Below, piece by piece: positions 20,261-29,333 of a stretch of 64,000 nt of DNA. Source of the DNA: Phycisphaerales bacterium. Its GTDB lineage: Bacteria > Planctomycetota > Phycisphaerae > SM23-33 > FEN-1343. Under the pieces are notes generated by a model that saw only the letters and a program-made list of their open reading frames with translations, was not told where the DNA came from and did not search any database. The first letter of the stretch is position 1, and each line of letters starts with the position of its first letter. The position numbers were made by a program, and so were the translations under genes. The DNA is taken from positions 34,958 through 98,957 of the forward strand of contig PMYD01000089.1 of assembly GCA_003171335.1 (NCBI GenBank), given 5' to 3'.

Positions 20261-20782
20261 TCACAGCATTTCCTCCAGCGGGCGGACAACCTTGCGAAAC
20301 GGCTCGGTGGGCATGGTGAGCGTCTGCCAGCGGGCGCTGCGGGGCTTGGCGGCGGTGCAGTAGTCATCCAGGGTGACGGCGGCGAAGATGTAGTGCCGGC
20401 CGCGATGCACGTGGACGTCCTCGAAGGGAGAACGCTCCGGCGAGCCCAAAAGCCAATAGACGAAAACCAGCACGGCACGGAAACCCGGGCCAAAGACCCG
20501 CTGCCACTGGTGCAGGCCGTCGATATCCTCGCGCGTGACCCAGTTCTCCCACGGCCGGCCGATGCGCCGCCGGCCGACGGCCGCCAGGTCGGGAAACTTG
20601 CGGCCCTTGACGTCCACCAGGAGATTGGCGCCGCGGGTGGAATAGACGATAAAGTCGAAATTCTTCAACTGCGCCGCCGCAAAGGTCTTCTTCTTGGCTT
20701 CATCCACCGCCACGTACGGGCACTGCCGGGCGCGGAGGAAGTTTTCGAAGGCATCTTCGTAATGGTCGCGGCGATGGGCCAT
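20261..20782 (-). CDS. HYExAFE-family protein
   Basis: N-terminal HYEDAFE signature, 'FDFIVY..LLVDVKGRKFP', C-terminal 'RSARWQT'. Confidence 0.85.
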   Translation of the reverse strand: MAHRRDHYEDAFENFLRARQCPYVAVDEAKKKTFAAAQLKNFDFIVYSTRGANLLVDVKGRKFPDLAAVGRRRIGRPWENWVTREDIDGLHQWQRVFGPGFRAVLVFVYWLLGSPERSPFEDVHVHRGRHYIFAAVTLDDYCTAAKPRSARWQTLTMPTEPFRKVVRPLEEML

Positions 20783-20787
20783 GGAAG

Positions 20788-20833
20788 AATTTCAAATAGC
20801 CAATTTCCAATTGCAAATTAGCAATTGGCAATG
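20788..20833. repeat. Degenerate 7-mer tandem repeat filling the hisS-HYExAFE gap
   Basis: aatttca aatagcc aatttcc aattgca aattagc aattggc. Confidence 0.7.
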
Positions 20834-20838
20834 GGTTG

Positions 20839-22152
20839 TCATCGGGCTAGTCCCCGCGGACGCGATTGAAGCTCCCTCGCCAGTTCGGCCCTCGCCACGG
20901 GCGCCTGCTCGCCCGTCGCCATGTCCTTCACCACCACCTCGCCGCGGTCGCGCAGCTCCTGGCCCACGATCACCGCGATGGCGGCGCCTTTCTGGCCGGC
21001 GGCGCGAAGCTGCTTGCCCAGGGCCTGGCGCTTATAGGAGAAGCCGGCCGCCAGGCCCGCGCGGCGAAGTTCAGCCACGATCGCCAAGGCGTCGTCAAAC
21101 ATGCCCTCGCCGGCGTCGATGATGAAGCAGTCGCAGCGCTCGGCGAAATCCGGCAGCTTGCCCTTTTCCGCCAGCAAGATGCCCAGCACGATATCGCCCA
21201 TGCCAAAACCGGTGGCGCCGATCTTGGGGCCGCCCAGGAGTTCCAGCAGGTTGTCGTACCGGCCGCCGCCAGCCAGGGCCCGCAAGGCGCGGCCGCTGTC
21301 GAAGGCCTCGTAGACGACGCCGGTGTAGTACGCCAGGCCGCGCACGACGTGCAGGTCGAGCTTCACGTAATCCCCGGCCCCCATGGCGCCGAGCAGCTTG
21401 AGCACCTCTTCCAGCGCAGCGCGCGCTGTGGCCACCGCGTCGGTGGGTTCCAGATAGCCGATGGCCTCTGCCAGCGTCGTGGAATCCTGGAATCGCCGCA
21501 GCCGGTCGATCTGAGCGGCCTCCAGGCCGGCCTTGAGCGCCATCTCCTCGAACGCCTCGGGGGGGACCTTGTCGCGCTTGTCCAGGACCGGCAACACGGC
21601 CTCGTGTTTTTCATTCGCCACGCCCACGGAAGCCAGCGCCGCCGCCAGCAGCGACCGGCTGGAGAGAAAGACCGCCGCATCGGCGGGCGAAAGGTTCAGC
21701 TCGGCCAGCAGGTCCACCAGCGTGAAGATGCATTCGGCATCGGCCAGGACCTCGTCGGAGCCGACGACATCCACGTTCCACTGGTAAAACTCGCGGCCCC
21801 GGCCTTTTTGGGGATTTTCCGCCCGGCACACGTGCGGGATGCTGAACCACTTGATCGGTCGGGGCAGCCCGCCGATGCGGGCGTTGATCATCCGCGCCAG
21901 CGAGGGCGTGATTTCCGGCGCGATGGCCAGCTCGCGGCCGCCGCGGTCCACCAGGCTGAACAGTTCGCTGACGATGCCCTCGCCGCTCTTGACGCGGAAA
22001 AGATCGAGGTACTCCAGCATGGCCGCCTCGTACTCGACGAAACCGTTGCGGATGGAGACCCGTCGCCAGGCGTCGACGAGGTAGTTGCGCAGGGCCATCT
22101 GCTCGGGGTAAAAGTCGCGAAAACCTTTGACGGTCTGAAAACTTCCGGCCAT
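20839..22152 (-). CDS. hisS: Histidine--tRNA ligase
   Basis: KGFRDFYP, PEITPSLAR, RAENPQKGRGREFYQWNVD, VRGLAYYTG, GGGRYD. Confidence 0.95.
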   Translation of the reverse strand: MAGSFQTVKGFRDFYPEQMALRNYLVDAWRRVSIRNGFVEYEAAMLEYLDLFRVKSGEGIVSELFSLVDRGGRELAIAPEITPSLARMINARIGGLPRPIKWFSIPHVCRAENPQKGRGREFYQWNVDVVGSDEVLADAECIFTLVDLLAELNLSPADAAVFLSSRSLLAAALASVGVANEKHEAVLPVLDKRDKVPPEAFEEMALKAGLEAAQIDRLRRFQDSTTLAEAIGYLEPTDAVATARAALEEVLKLLGAMGAGDYVKLDLHVVRGLAYYTGVVYEAFDSGRALRALAGGGRYDNLLELLGGPKIGATGFGMGDIVLGILLAEKGKLPDFAERCDCFIIDAGEGMFDDALAIVAELRRAGLAAGFSYKRQALGKQLRAAGQKGAAIAVIVGQELRDRGEVVVKDMATGEQAPVARAELARELQSRPRGLAR

Positions 22153-22167
22153 GAATCTCGTTCTCCG

Positions 22168-22220
22168 GGTGGCACAGGCTTTTAGCCTGTGTCGGGCCGC
22201 AGGCTCAAGGCTGTGCCAAC
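22168..22220. repeat. REPIN-like doublet of GTGGCACAG REPs
   Basis: ggtggcacaggcttttagcctgtg followed by an inverted degenerate copy cgcaggctcaaggctgtgccaac. Confidence 0.75.
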
Positions 22221-22616
22221 TCACTTCGCTTTTCGTGCGCCCTTGCCCTTGGCCTTCTTCGGCACTTTGGTTTTTCGTTTCAGCCGCTTCCGGGCATACT
22301 CGACGATCTGCTCGGGATGCGTGAAGAACAGCTTATACTCGTAATCCCCGCCGCGATAGTCGCAGCCGTCGCTGCTGTATTCCCGGCAGATCTGCGGCCG
22401 CCGGGCATAGATCGTGCAGCGGCTCTGGGCATCCAGGTGCCGGCAGGGCGTCGTGACGCTGACATACCACTGCCCCTCCGTCACAAACACCGTGACGCCC
22501 TCATGCATCAGAAACCAGCGCACCTCCTCGAACGCCTCGGTATCCTTCGGCTCGTCGAACGGCAGCGCAATGTAGCGGCAGCACGCGGCCGGACAGCGAT
22601 GGCAGAGGGATTTCAT
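22221..22616 (-). CDS. YkgJ-family (CxxCxxxCC) cysteine-cluster protein
   Basis: LCHRCPAACC, CRHL..RCTIYARRPQICREY. Confidence 0.85.
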   Translation of the reverse strand: MKSLCHRCPAACCRYIALPFDEPKDTEAFEEVRWFLMHEGVTVFVTEGQWYVSVTTPCRHLDAQSRCTIYARRPQICREYSSDGCDYRGGDYEYKLFFTHPEQIVEYARKRLKRKTKVPKKAKGKGARKAK

Positions 22617-22682
22617 GGGGCTGGATTATAGGCCGCGAGGCTTTCGATTAGAAGGTTAGGTCTCTCGTGAAGGGGAGAGAAA

Positions 22683-22842
22683 AAATCCCAAATCCAAAAT
22701 TCCAAATCCCAAACAAATCCCAAGCACCAAATTCCAAACGGGGATGTGCCTGGGGCACTCCTCGACGCGCTGGGCAGATGCTCCGGCGCGGAGTTTGGAA
22801 TTTGGAATTTGGTGCTTGTTTGGGATTTGGAATTTGGGATTT
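22683..22842. repeat. Inverted heptamer tandem-repeat element (AAATYCC)n-spacer-(GGRATTT)n
   Basis: Left arm 22683-22738 and right arm 22794-22842 around a unique GC-rich spacer. Same family as 29334-29485 and 61211-61245. Confidence 0.85.
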
Positions 22843-22884
22843 CCCCGCCGCCTCCGCAGTTTGATTACCGGCCAAGGCGAGCCA

Positions 22885-22912
22885 TTGACACCCGAAAAGC
22901 ATTGCCTATAAT
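22885..22912 (+). promoter_or_regulatory. Sigma70-type promoter for the cimA leader
   Basis: Consensus TTGACA-N16-TATAAT directly upstream of the leader ORF. Confidence 0.75.
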
Positions 22913-22950
22913 TTTTCCTGTACCTTCGGCACGAAGCGCAGGAGACCCTG

Positions 22951-23061
22951 GTGCGGACGCCCCTGACAGGTCAAGCTGCCAGCGAGGCCGGCCCGAGCGG
23001 CCGGACGGGCGATCTCCGCGCCGGCATCATTGCCGCTGTCCCTGTACGCTGCGTGCCTTAG
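22951..23061 (+). CDS. cimA attenuator leader peptide MRTPLTGQAASEAGPSGRTGDLRAGIIAAVPVRCVP
   Basis: RBS aggaga before GTG. Ile-Ile..Val.Val..Val cluster just before a stop that lies within the antiterminator strand. Confidence 0.7.
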   Translation: MRTPLTGQAASEAGPSGRTGDLRAGIIAAVPVRCVP

Positions 23062-23088
23062 GGCTTGCCTCGTGCATCTGGCATGCCG

Positions 23089-23121
23089 GCCCTGAGGCGT
23101 GATGGCTTCGGGGCTTTTTTT
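23089..23121 (+). terminator. Attenuator terminator upstream of cimA
   Basis: Stem gccctgaggc/gcttcggggc plus T7. The 5' arm can alternatively pair with gccttagggc (23055-23064). Confidence 0.8.
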
Positions 23122-23231
23122 CTTGCCCCGCGGCGATTTGACGGTCGCCCGGCTCGCTGGAAACGGGCCTGAACGGCTCGGCCGGCCGCGACCGATAAGA
23201 AACCCATGTGCCCAGGAGGCATCGAACAACC

Positions 23232-24830
23232 ATGGGCAAGACCGACAAACGCAGAATCGAGATCTACGACACCACGCTGCGCGATGGCACGCAGGGCGAG
23301 GGCGTCAGCCTGTCGCTGGAAGACAAGCTGCGCATCGCCGAGAAGCTCGACACGCTGGGCGTGGATTACATCGAGGGCGGCTACCCCCTTTCCAACCCCA
23401 AGGATGCCGGCTTTTTCCGCGAGATCACCCGGCGCGCCATCCGCCAGGCGAAGATCGCCGCGTTCGGCATGACCCGCCGGCGCGATGCCAAGGCGGATGA
23501 AGATGCCGGCATGAAGGCCCTGCTGGACTCCCACGCGCCCGTCTGCACCATCGTGGGCAAGAGCTGGGATCTGCACGTCCGCGAGGTGCTGCGAGTCAAC
23601 GATGATGAAAACCTGGCGATGATCGCCGACAGCGTGGCCTTCTGCGCCAAACACGGCCGCGAGGTGATCTACGACGCCGAGCATTTCTTCGATGGCTACC
23701 GCGCCAACGCGCCGTACGCCCAGGCCACGCTGAAGGCGGCCCTGGAGGCCGGGGCCACGCACCTGGTGCTGTGCGACACCAACGGCGGCTCGCTGCCTGG
23801 CCAAGTGGCCCAGATCGTCGCCGAGGTCCTGGCGGCACTGCCGGCGGCGCGGCTGGGCATCCACACGCACAACGACAGCAACCTGGCCGTGGCCACCGCC
23901 CTGGCCGCCGTCCAGGCCGGGGCCGTGCAGGTCCAAGGCACGGTCAACGGCGTGGGCGAGCGCACGGGCAATGCCGACCTGACCAGCGTCATCCCCAACC
24001 TGGTCCTGAAATGCGGCTTTGACTGCCTCCGGCCCGGCTCGCTGTCGCACCTGACGGAGGTGAGCCGTTTCGTGTACGACGTGGCGAATCTGAACTTCCG
24101 CAGCGACCAGCCGTTCGTCGGCCGCTCGGCCTTCGCCCACAAGGGCGGCATGCACGTGCACGCGGTGACGCGCAACACCCGCACCTACGAGCACATCGAC
24201 CCGGAGGCGGTGGGCAACACGCGGCGAATCCTGGTGAGCGAGCTATCGGGCGCGAGCAACATCGCCGCCACCGCCGGCGAAAAGTTCCATATTCTCGATA
24301 ACCGGGCGGCCCAGAAAAAGGTGCTCGACGAGGTCGTCCGCCTGGAGGCCGAGGGCTACCAGTTCGAAACGGCCGAGGCGAGTTTCCAACTGCTGGTGCG
24401 AAAGACGCTCGGCGGGGAGTGGTGGCCCGGGCAGTTCTGGGAGCTGGGTCACTTCCGCTGCAACATCTACCGCCAGAACGGCCAGCCGGCCGAGACCGAG
24501 GGCGTGGTCTGCCTGACCATCAACGGCTGCCAGGAGCACACGGTCTCCAGCGGCGATGGCCCGGTCAACGCCCTGGATGGCGCGCTGCGCAAGGCCCTGC
24601 GCCCCCACTACCCCTGCGTGGACCAGATCCACCTGGATGACTACAAGGTCCGCGTGGTCAACGCCGTGGAAGAGACGGCCGCCAAGGTGCGCGTCACCAT
24701 CAGCTTCCACGATGATCAGCACGCCTTCGGCACCGTCGGCGTCAGCACCAATATCATCGAAGCATCCTGGCTGGCCCTGACGGATGCGTTTGAGTATGAG
24801 CTGGTGAAAGCGATGGAGAGGGACGGGTGA
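23232..24830 (+). CDS. cimA: Citramalate synthase
   Basis: YDTTLRDGTQGEG, IVGKSWDLHV, YDAEHFFDGY, CDTNGG, HTHND, AHKGGMH, SELSG; RBS aggagg. Confidence 0.9.
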   Translation: MGKTDKRRIEIYDTTLRDGTQGEGVSLSLEDKLRIAEKLDTLGVDYIEGGYPLSNPKDAGFFREITRRAIRQAKIAAFGMTRRRDAKADEDAGMKALLDSHAPVCTIVGKSWDLHVREVLRVNDDENLAMIADSVAFCAKHGREVIYDAEHFFDGYRANAPYAQATLKAALEAGATHLVLCDTNGGSLPGQVAQIVAEVLAALPAARLGIHTHNDSNLAVATALAAVQAGAVQVQGTVNGVGERTGNADLTSVIPNLVLKCGFDCLRPGSLSHLTEVSRFVYDVANLNFRSDQPFVGRSAFAHKGGMHVHAVTRNTRTYEHIDPEAVGNTRRILVSELSGASNIAATAGEKFHILDNRAAQKKVLDEVVRLEAEGYQFETAEASFQLLVRKTLGGEWWPGQFWELGHFRCNIYRQNGQPAETEGVVCLTINGCQEHTVSSGDGPVNALDGALRKALRPHYPCVDQIHLDDYKVRVVNAVEETAAKVRVTISFHDDQHAFGTVGVSTNIIEASWLALTDAFEYELVKAMERDG

Positions 24831-24847
24831 GCTGGCTTGGCTACCCC

Positions 24848-24952
24848 TGGTCAATTGGTCAATTAGTCAATTGGTCAATTCGGGGGGGGGAAGCGCCTGC
24901 CTCTCTACTAATTGACGAATTGACTTGTTGACTAATTGACCGATTGACGACT
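24848..24952. repeat. Inverted octamer tandem-repeat element between cimA and valS
   Basis: (tggtcaat/tagtcaat)x4, a G9-containing spacer, then (acNaattg-like)x5 in the opposite orientation. Confidence 0.8.
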
Positions 24953-27900
24953 ATGCCAACACAACTGGACCCTGTCTACGACCCCAAACGTTTCGAGGCC
25001 GCCGCCTACCAGCTCTGGGAGCAGGCAAAGAGTTTCCATGCCGAGCCAGGCGATGGCGAGAAGTACTCGATTGTCATCCCCCCGCCCAACGTAACGGCCC
25101 CGCTGCACCTGGGCCACGCCCTCAACAACACGCTGCAGGATATCCTCATCCGCTGGCAGCGGATGACCGGCAAGGCGACGCTGTGGATGCCCGGCACCGA
25201 CCACGCCGGCATCGCCACGCAGACGGTCGTCGAGAAGCGCATCCTCGCCGAAGAGGGCAGGCGGCGGACCGATTTCGCCCGCGAGGAGTTCGTCGGCCGC
25301 GTGCAGGCGTGGAAGGATGAGTACGAGGCCCGCATCGTGGGGCAACTCAAAGCGATGGGCTGCTCATGCGACTGGGACCGCAGACGTTTCACCATGGACG
25401 AGATGTGTACCCGCGCCGTCCGCGCGGCGTTCTACCAGCTTTTCGCCGATGGGCTGATCTACCGCGGCAAGCGCCTGGTCAACTGGGACCCGGCGACGCA
25501 AACCGTGCTGGCCGATGATGAGGTCGAGCACGAGACGATCAAGGGCTTCTTCTGGTATCTGCGCTATCCGCTGGTCGAGGGTGCGGAGATCGACGGCAAA
25601 CGCGTCGAATGGGTCACCGTCGCCACGACGCGGCCCGAGACCATGCTCGGCGACACGGCCGTGGCGATCAACCCGCGCGACCCGCGCGCCAAAACCCTGG
25701 TGGGTAGGCAGGTGCGCCTGCCCATCGTGGGGCGAATCATCCCCATCATCGCCGATGACTACGTCGTCATGAGCGACCCCACCAGCGAGGATGCCAAGGC
25801 TCGCTTCGCCACCGGCTTTCTCAAGGTGACCCCCGCCCACGACCCCAACGACTGGGAGATCGGCCGGCGGCACAACCTGCCCGTGATCAACGTCATGGCC
25901 CCCGATGGCAGCATCTCGGACAAGCATGGCTGGACCGACGCCACGGAACCGGAGGCCCAAAATCTCCTGGGCATGGATCGTTTCGAGGCCCGCGAGGCCA
26001 TCGTCGAGTACTTCCGCGAGGAGGGCCTGCTCGAAGAGGTGCGCGATTACGAACACGAGGTCGGCCACAGCTACCGCAGCCACGTGCCCATCGAGCCGTA
26101 CCTGTCAGACCAGTGGTATATCGCGGTGAAGAAGCCGCTTGCCCTGAGCGAGCGCAGCGAGTCGAAGGGGATTGTAAATTGTAAATTGCAAATTGCAAAT
26201 TGGGAACGGGAACATGCGGAGTTGGTTGAAAAACAGGGCGACCTGACGGTGCTGAAAGGCACCGACGTGCCGGTTAATTCGCTGGCTGGCATGGCGCTGA
26301 TGCCGCTGCTGGATGGGCGGCTGAAGTTCGTGCCCGACCGCTACGCCAATACCTACCGCGCCTGGCTGGAGAATCTGCGCGATTGGCCCATCAGCCGACA
26401 GCTCTGGTGGGGACATCGAATTCCCGTCTGGAGCATAGAGTTCTCGCAGGCCCATCATGGCAAAGAAGCCGATGGCAAGCGTCCAGAGCATGTGGCCAAC
26501 GAGATGCGTGACTTTTTCGCCAAGCGCAGCGTCACCACGCAAGTTGAACTGCGATGGCCGCCTGTTCTAGTGGAAGGGAAATGGTTTTTCCATGTCAGCG
26601 CGATGACGCCTCGTGCCAGTCGCCTGCTTGAGTTGCTCGGAAAGGTGCTGAAGCATCACCCGCCCGACAAGAGTGAACTCATGCATGAGATGTGGGATGA
26701 GAATAGGGAACTCCGGGAGGAATTTGGCGAGGAATCCCTTGCAGGGGTGACCAAACTGCGCGAGTGTCTAAATGGTTGCCAACAGGACCCCGACGTCCTC
26801 GACACGTGGTTCTCCTCCGGCCTGTGGCCCATCTCCACGATGGGCTGGCCGGAAGAAACGCCGCTGCTGAAGGCGTTCTATCCCACCAGCGTGCTGTGCA
26901 CGGCCCGCGAGATCATCACGCTGTGGGTCAGCCGCATGGTGATGTTCGGGCAGTATTTCCGGGGCGACATTCCGTTTGCCGATGTGTACATCCACGCCAT
27001 GATCCAGGATGGCGAGGGTCGAAAGATGTCCAAGAGCCTGGGCAACGGAATCGACCCCCTGGACATCATCGACAGCCACGGCGCCGACGCCCTGCGGTAC
27101 ACGCTGGCCGCCATGACCACCGAGACGCAGGATGTGCGCATGCCCGTCGAGCACATCAAGCTGCCCGATGGGCGGGAGATGAACAGTTCGCCGAAATTCG
27201 ACATCGGCCGCAACTTCTGCAACAAGCTGTGGAACGCCTCGCGCTTCGCCATGATGAACCTGGAGGCCCTGCCGGCCTTCGGCGACATCGACTGGCGGGG
27301 CAACCTGGCCGACCGCTGGATCCTCAGCCGCCTGCACTCGACCATTCGCGATACGACGGCGGCCCTGGCGGCGTATCGCTTCAATGACCTGGCCTCGACG
27401 CTCTACCGCTTCATGTGGGATGACCTGTGCGACTGGTACCTGGAGATCGCCAAGGGCCGCATCAACGCGGGCGAGACTGCGCCCAAGGCCATCCTCGCCT
27501 ACGTGCTGGATGGCCTGCTGCGGCTGCTGCACCCGATCGCCCCGTTCATCACCGAATCCATCTGGCAGCACCTCAACGAGGTGGCGCCTTCGCGCGGCCC
27601 GGCCGGCAGCGCTGCCGAAAAACTGCTCATCACGGCGGCCTGGCCGACGGCCAATGCCGACTGGATCGATGCGGCGGTCGAAACCCAGTTCGGCCTGCTC
27701 CAGGATCTCATTCGCTCCATTCGCCAGGTCCGCACGACGCACAACGTACCGCCGGCGCGGGAGCTTTCCGTGCTGGTTCGCGCCAGCGGCGAGCCGGCCG
27801 CACTGGTCGGGGCAAACGCCGGGCTTATCCGGTCGCAGGCCCGGCTGGCGGAACTGACGGTTCGCGCCGACGCCCAGCGCCCCGACTCCAAGGCGGCCAC

Positions 27901-28141
27901 GGTGGTCGCCGCCGGCCTGGCCGCCTTCGTGGCCGACGTGGTGGATGTCCCCGCCGAGCGGGCCCGCCTGTCCAAGGAACGCCAAACGGTGGCCAAGGGC
28001 ATCGCCGGCGCCGAGGGCAAGCTCAACAACGAGAAATTCCTGGCTAAGGCCCCGCCGGAGGTTGTGGCCTCGGAGAAACAGCGACTTTCAGAAATGAAGG
28101 CGCGGCTGGAACAGATCGAGAAGGCGCTGGGCGAACTGTAA
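24953..28141 (+). CDS. valS: Valine--tRNA ligase with lineage-specific insertions
   Basis: PPPNVT..LHLGH, GTDHAGIATQ, ATTRPET, DWPISRQLWWGHRIP, DVLDTWFSS, KMSKS, C-terminal coiled coil. Confidence 0.96.
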   Translation: MPTQLDPVYDPKRFEAAAYQLWEQAKSFHAEPGDGEKYSIVIPPPNVTAPLHLGHALNNTLQDILIRWQRMTGKATLWMPGTDHAGIATQTVVEKRILAEEGRRRTDFAREEFVGRVQAWKDEYEARIVGQLKAMGCSCDWDRRRFTMDEMCTRAVRAAFYQLFADGLIYRGKRLVNWDPATQTVLADDEVEHETIKGFFWYLRYPLVEGAEIDGKRVEWVTVATTRPETMLGDTAVAINPRDPRAKTLVGRQVRLPIVGRIIPIIADDYVVMSDPTSEDAKARFATGFLKVTPAHDPNDWEIGRRHNLPVINVMAPDGSISDKHGWTDATEPEAQNLLGMDRFEAREAIVEYFREEGLLEEVRDYEHEVGHSYRSHVPIEPYLSDQWYIAVKKPLALSERSESKGIVNCKLQIANWEREHAELVEKQGDLTVLKGTDVPVNSLAGMALMPLLDGRLKFVPDRYANTYRAWLENLRDWPISRQLWWGHRIPVWSIEFSQAHHGKEADGKRPEHVANEMRDFFAKRSVTTQVELRWPPVLVEGKWFFHVSAMTPRASRLLELLGKVLKHHPPDKSELMHEMWDENRELREEFGEESLAGVTKLRECLNGCQQDPDVLDTWFSSGLWPISTMGWPEETPLLKAFYPTSVLCTAREIITLWVSRMVMFGQYFRGDIPFADVYIHAMIQDGEGRKMSKSLGNGIDPLDIIDSHGADALRYTLAAMTTETQDVRMPVEHIKLPDGREMNSSPKFDIGRNFCNKLWNASRFAMMNLEALPAFGDIDWRGNLADRWILSRLHSTIRDTTAALAAYRFNDLASTLYRFMWDDLCDWYLEIAKGRINAGETAPKAILAYVLDGLLRLLHPIAPFITESIWQHLNEVAPSRGPAGSAAEKLLITAAWPTANADWIDAAVETQFGLLQDLIRSIRQVRTTHNVPPARELSVLVRASGEPAALVGANAGLIRSQARLAELTVRADAQRPDSKAATVVAAGLAAFVADVVDVPAERARLSKERQTVAKGIAGAEGKLNNEKFLAKAPPEVVASEKQRLSEMKARLEQIEKALGEL

Positions 28142-28261
28142 AGATTGCCAATTTGCCATTCCCGAAAAAAAGTGCCCCATCCGGTGAGTCCCGGACGGGG
28201 CGTCCCTCCCTCCGTCGCCAAGGAAGGATCCTCAGCGCGGGGTCTTACAACTGGGAAAGGA

Positions 28262-29242
28262 TCAGGGAACCGGCGCATCGGCCCCGCGCCGGGTCATCAC
28301 AGGTATCGGTGCGATCGGGTACTCGGGGCGCGTGCGAACCAACAGCGTGACGGGCACCAGAGTCAGCAGCATGGTGTACACCCAGATCGAGACGCCCACC
28401 GTGGCCGTCTCCGGCCCGGCGCGCCACACCGGTACGACCTGGCTGACCATCAGCCAGCCCACCAGGAAACCGAGCAGCGACAGCCAGTACAGCACAAAGG
28501 GAAATACCAGGCCCCGGCCGCCGTGGCGGTAGGCCACCACGAGCATCACCAGCCCCAGCAGCAGCGACAGGCCGTAAAACGCCGGCGAATACACCATCAG
28601 GATCGCGCCGGCCAGGGCCGGGCTGTCGGCGGGAACTGAATCCAGCCCCACCATCTCGGGGAGCGAGTGTGAAAACCCGACGCGGGTATCCAGCGCGCTG
28701 CAAACGCAGGCGTGGGTGCTGTGCACGATGACCTGCCATCCCAACAGCGGCGTGACCGTCAGCGGCCCATTCCCGGAGACCCCCTGGGGCATGTTGTACC
28801 AGGGCAGGAAAATGAAGCCCCCACACACGATCAGGATGAGCGAGCGAAGAATCATCCAGCCCATCGGCGGCGCCGGGTCGGATTGCGCCTTGGCCCAGGC
28901 CTGCGGCCAGCGCGTCACATGCTCGGCGACCTCCGCATCCGGCCCGGTAACCACCACCGGCACCTCGGCGGATGGGTCTTCGGCCGTCGCCGCCAGAGTC
29001 GAGGTCCGCGCGGCGGCCAAGCCGGCTGGCGGCGGCTGACCTTTGGCCTGGCCCTCGGCCAGATGCGCCGTCCCCTCATGCGCCAGCACGACCGGAGGCA
29101 CCTGGGACGGCGGCACCGCCCGGGGCGACCCGACCGGCAGATTCACCAGGGCGCCGCATACCTTGCACGTGAAGACCTGGCCCGCCCGGCTGTCGTCCAG
29201 CCGGTATTCCGATCCGCAGTGGCATTTGACCTCGATTGCCAT
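28262..29242 (-). CDS. Hypothetical membrane protein with N-terminal zinc ribbon
   Basis: 'IEVKCHCG...AG..FTCKVCG', low-complexity linker, about four hydrophobic helices. Confidence 0.7.
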   Translation of the reverse strand: MAIEVKCHCGSEYRLDDSRAGQVFTCKVCGALVNLPVGSPRAVPPSQVPPVVLAHEGTAHLAEGQAKGQPPPAGLAAARTSTLAATAEDPSAEVPVVVTGPDAEVAEHVTRWPQAWAKAQSDPAPPMGWMILRSLILIVCGGFIFLPWYNMPQGVSGNGPLTVTPLLGWQVIVHSTHACVCSALDTRVGFSHSLPEMVGLDSVPADSPALAGAILMVYSPAFYGLSLLLGLVMLVVAYRHGGRGLVFPFVLYWLSLLGFLVGWLMVSQVVPVWRAGPETATVGVSIWVYTMLLTLVPVTLLVRTRPEYPIAPIPVMTRRGADAPVP

Positions 29243-29333
29243 CGCTATGCTCCATGCGGCTGCTGCGCAAGAAAACGGTACGGAAAGCTCATCGGGTTAT
29301 TACGCGGGAGACTTTTGCAGTGTCTCAGGCCAA

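Noticed and set aside
22648..22902. Small ORFs with KSQIPNPK or WNLEFG repeats (also near 29240-29590 and 61171-61273)
   Set aside because: These are translations of the heptamer inverted-repeat elements, not genes.
26141..26780. Intein or intron in valS
   Set aside because: No C/S start with HN-C/S/T end and no LAGLIDADG motif; conserved ValRS motifs lie between the two inserts.
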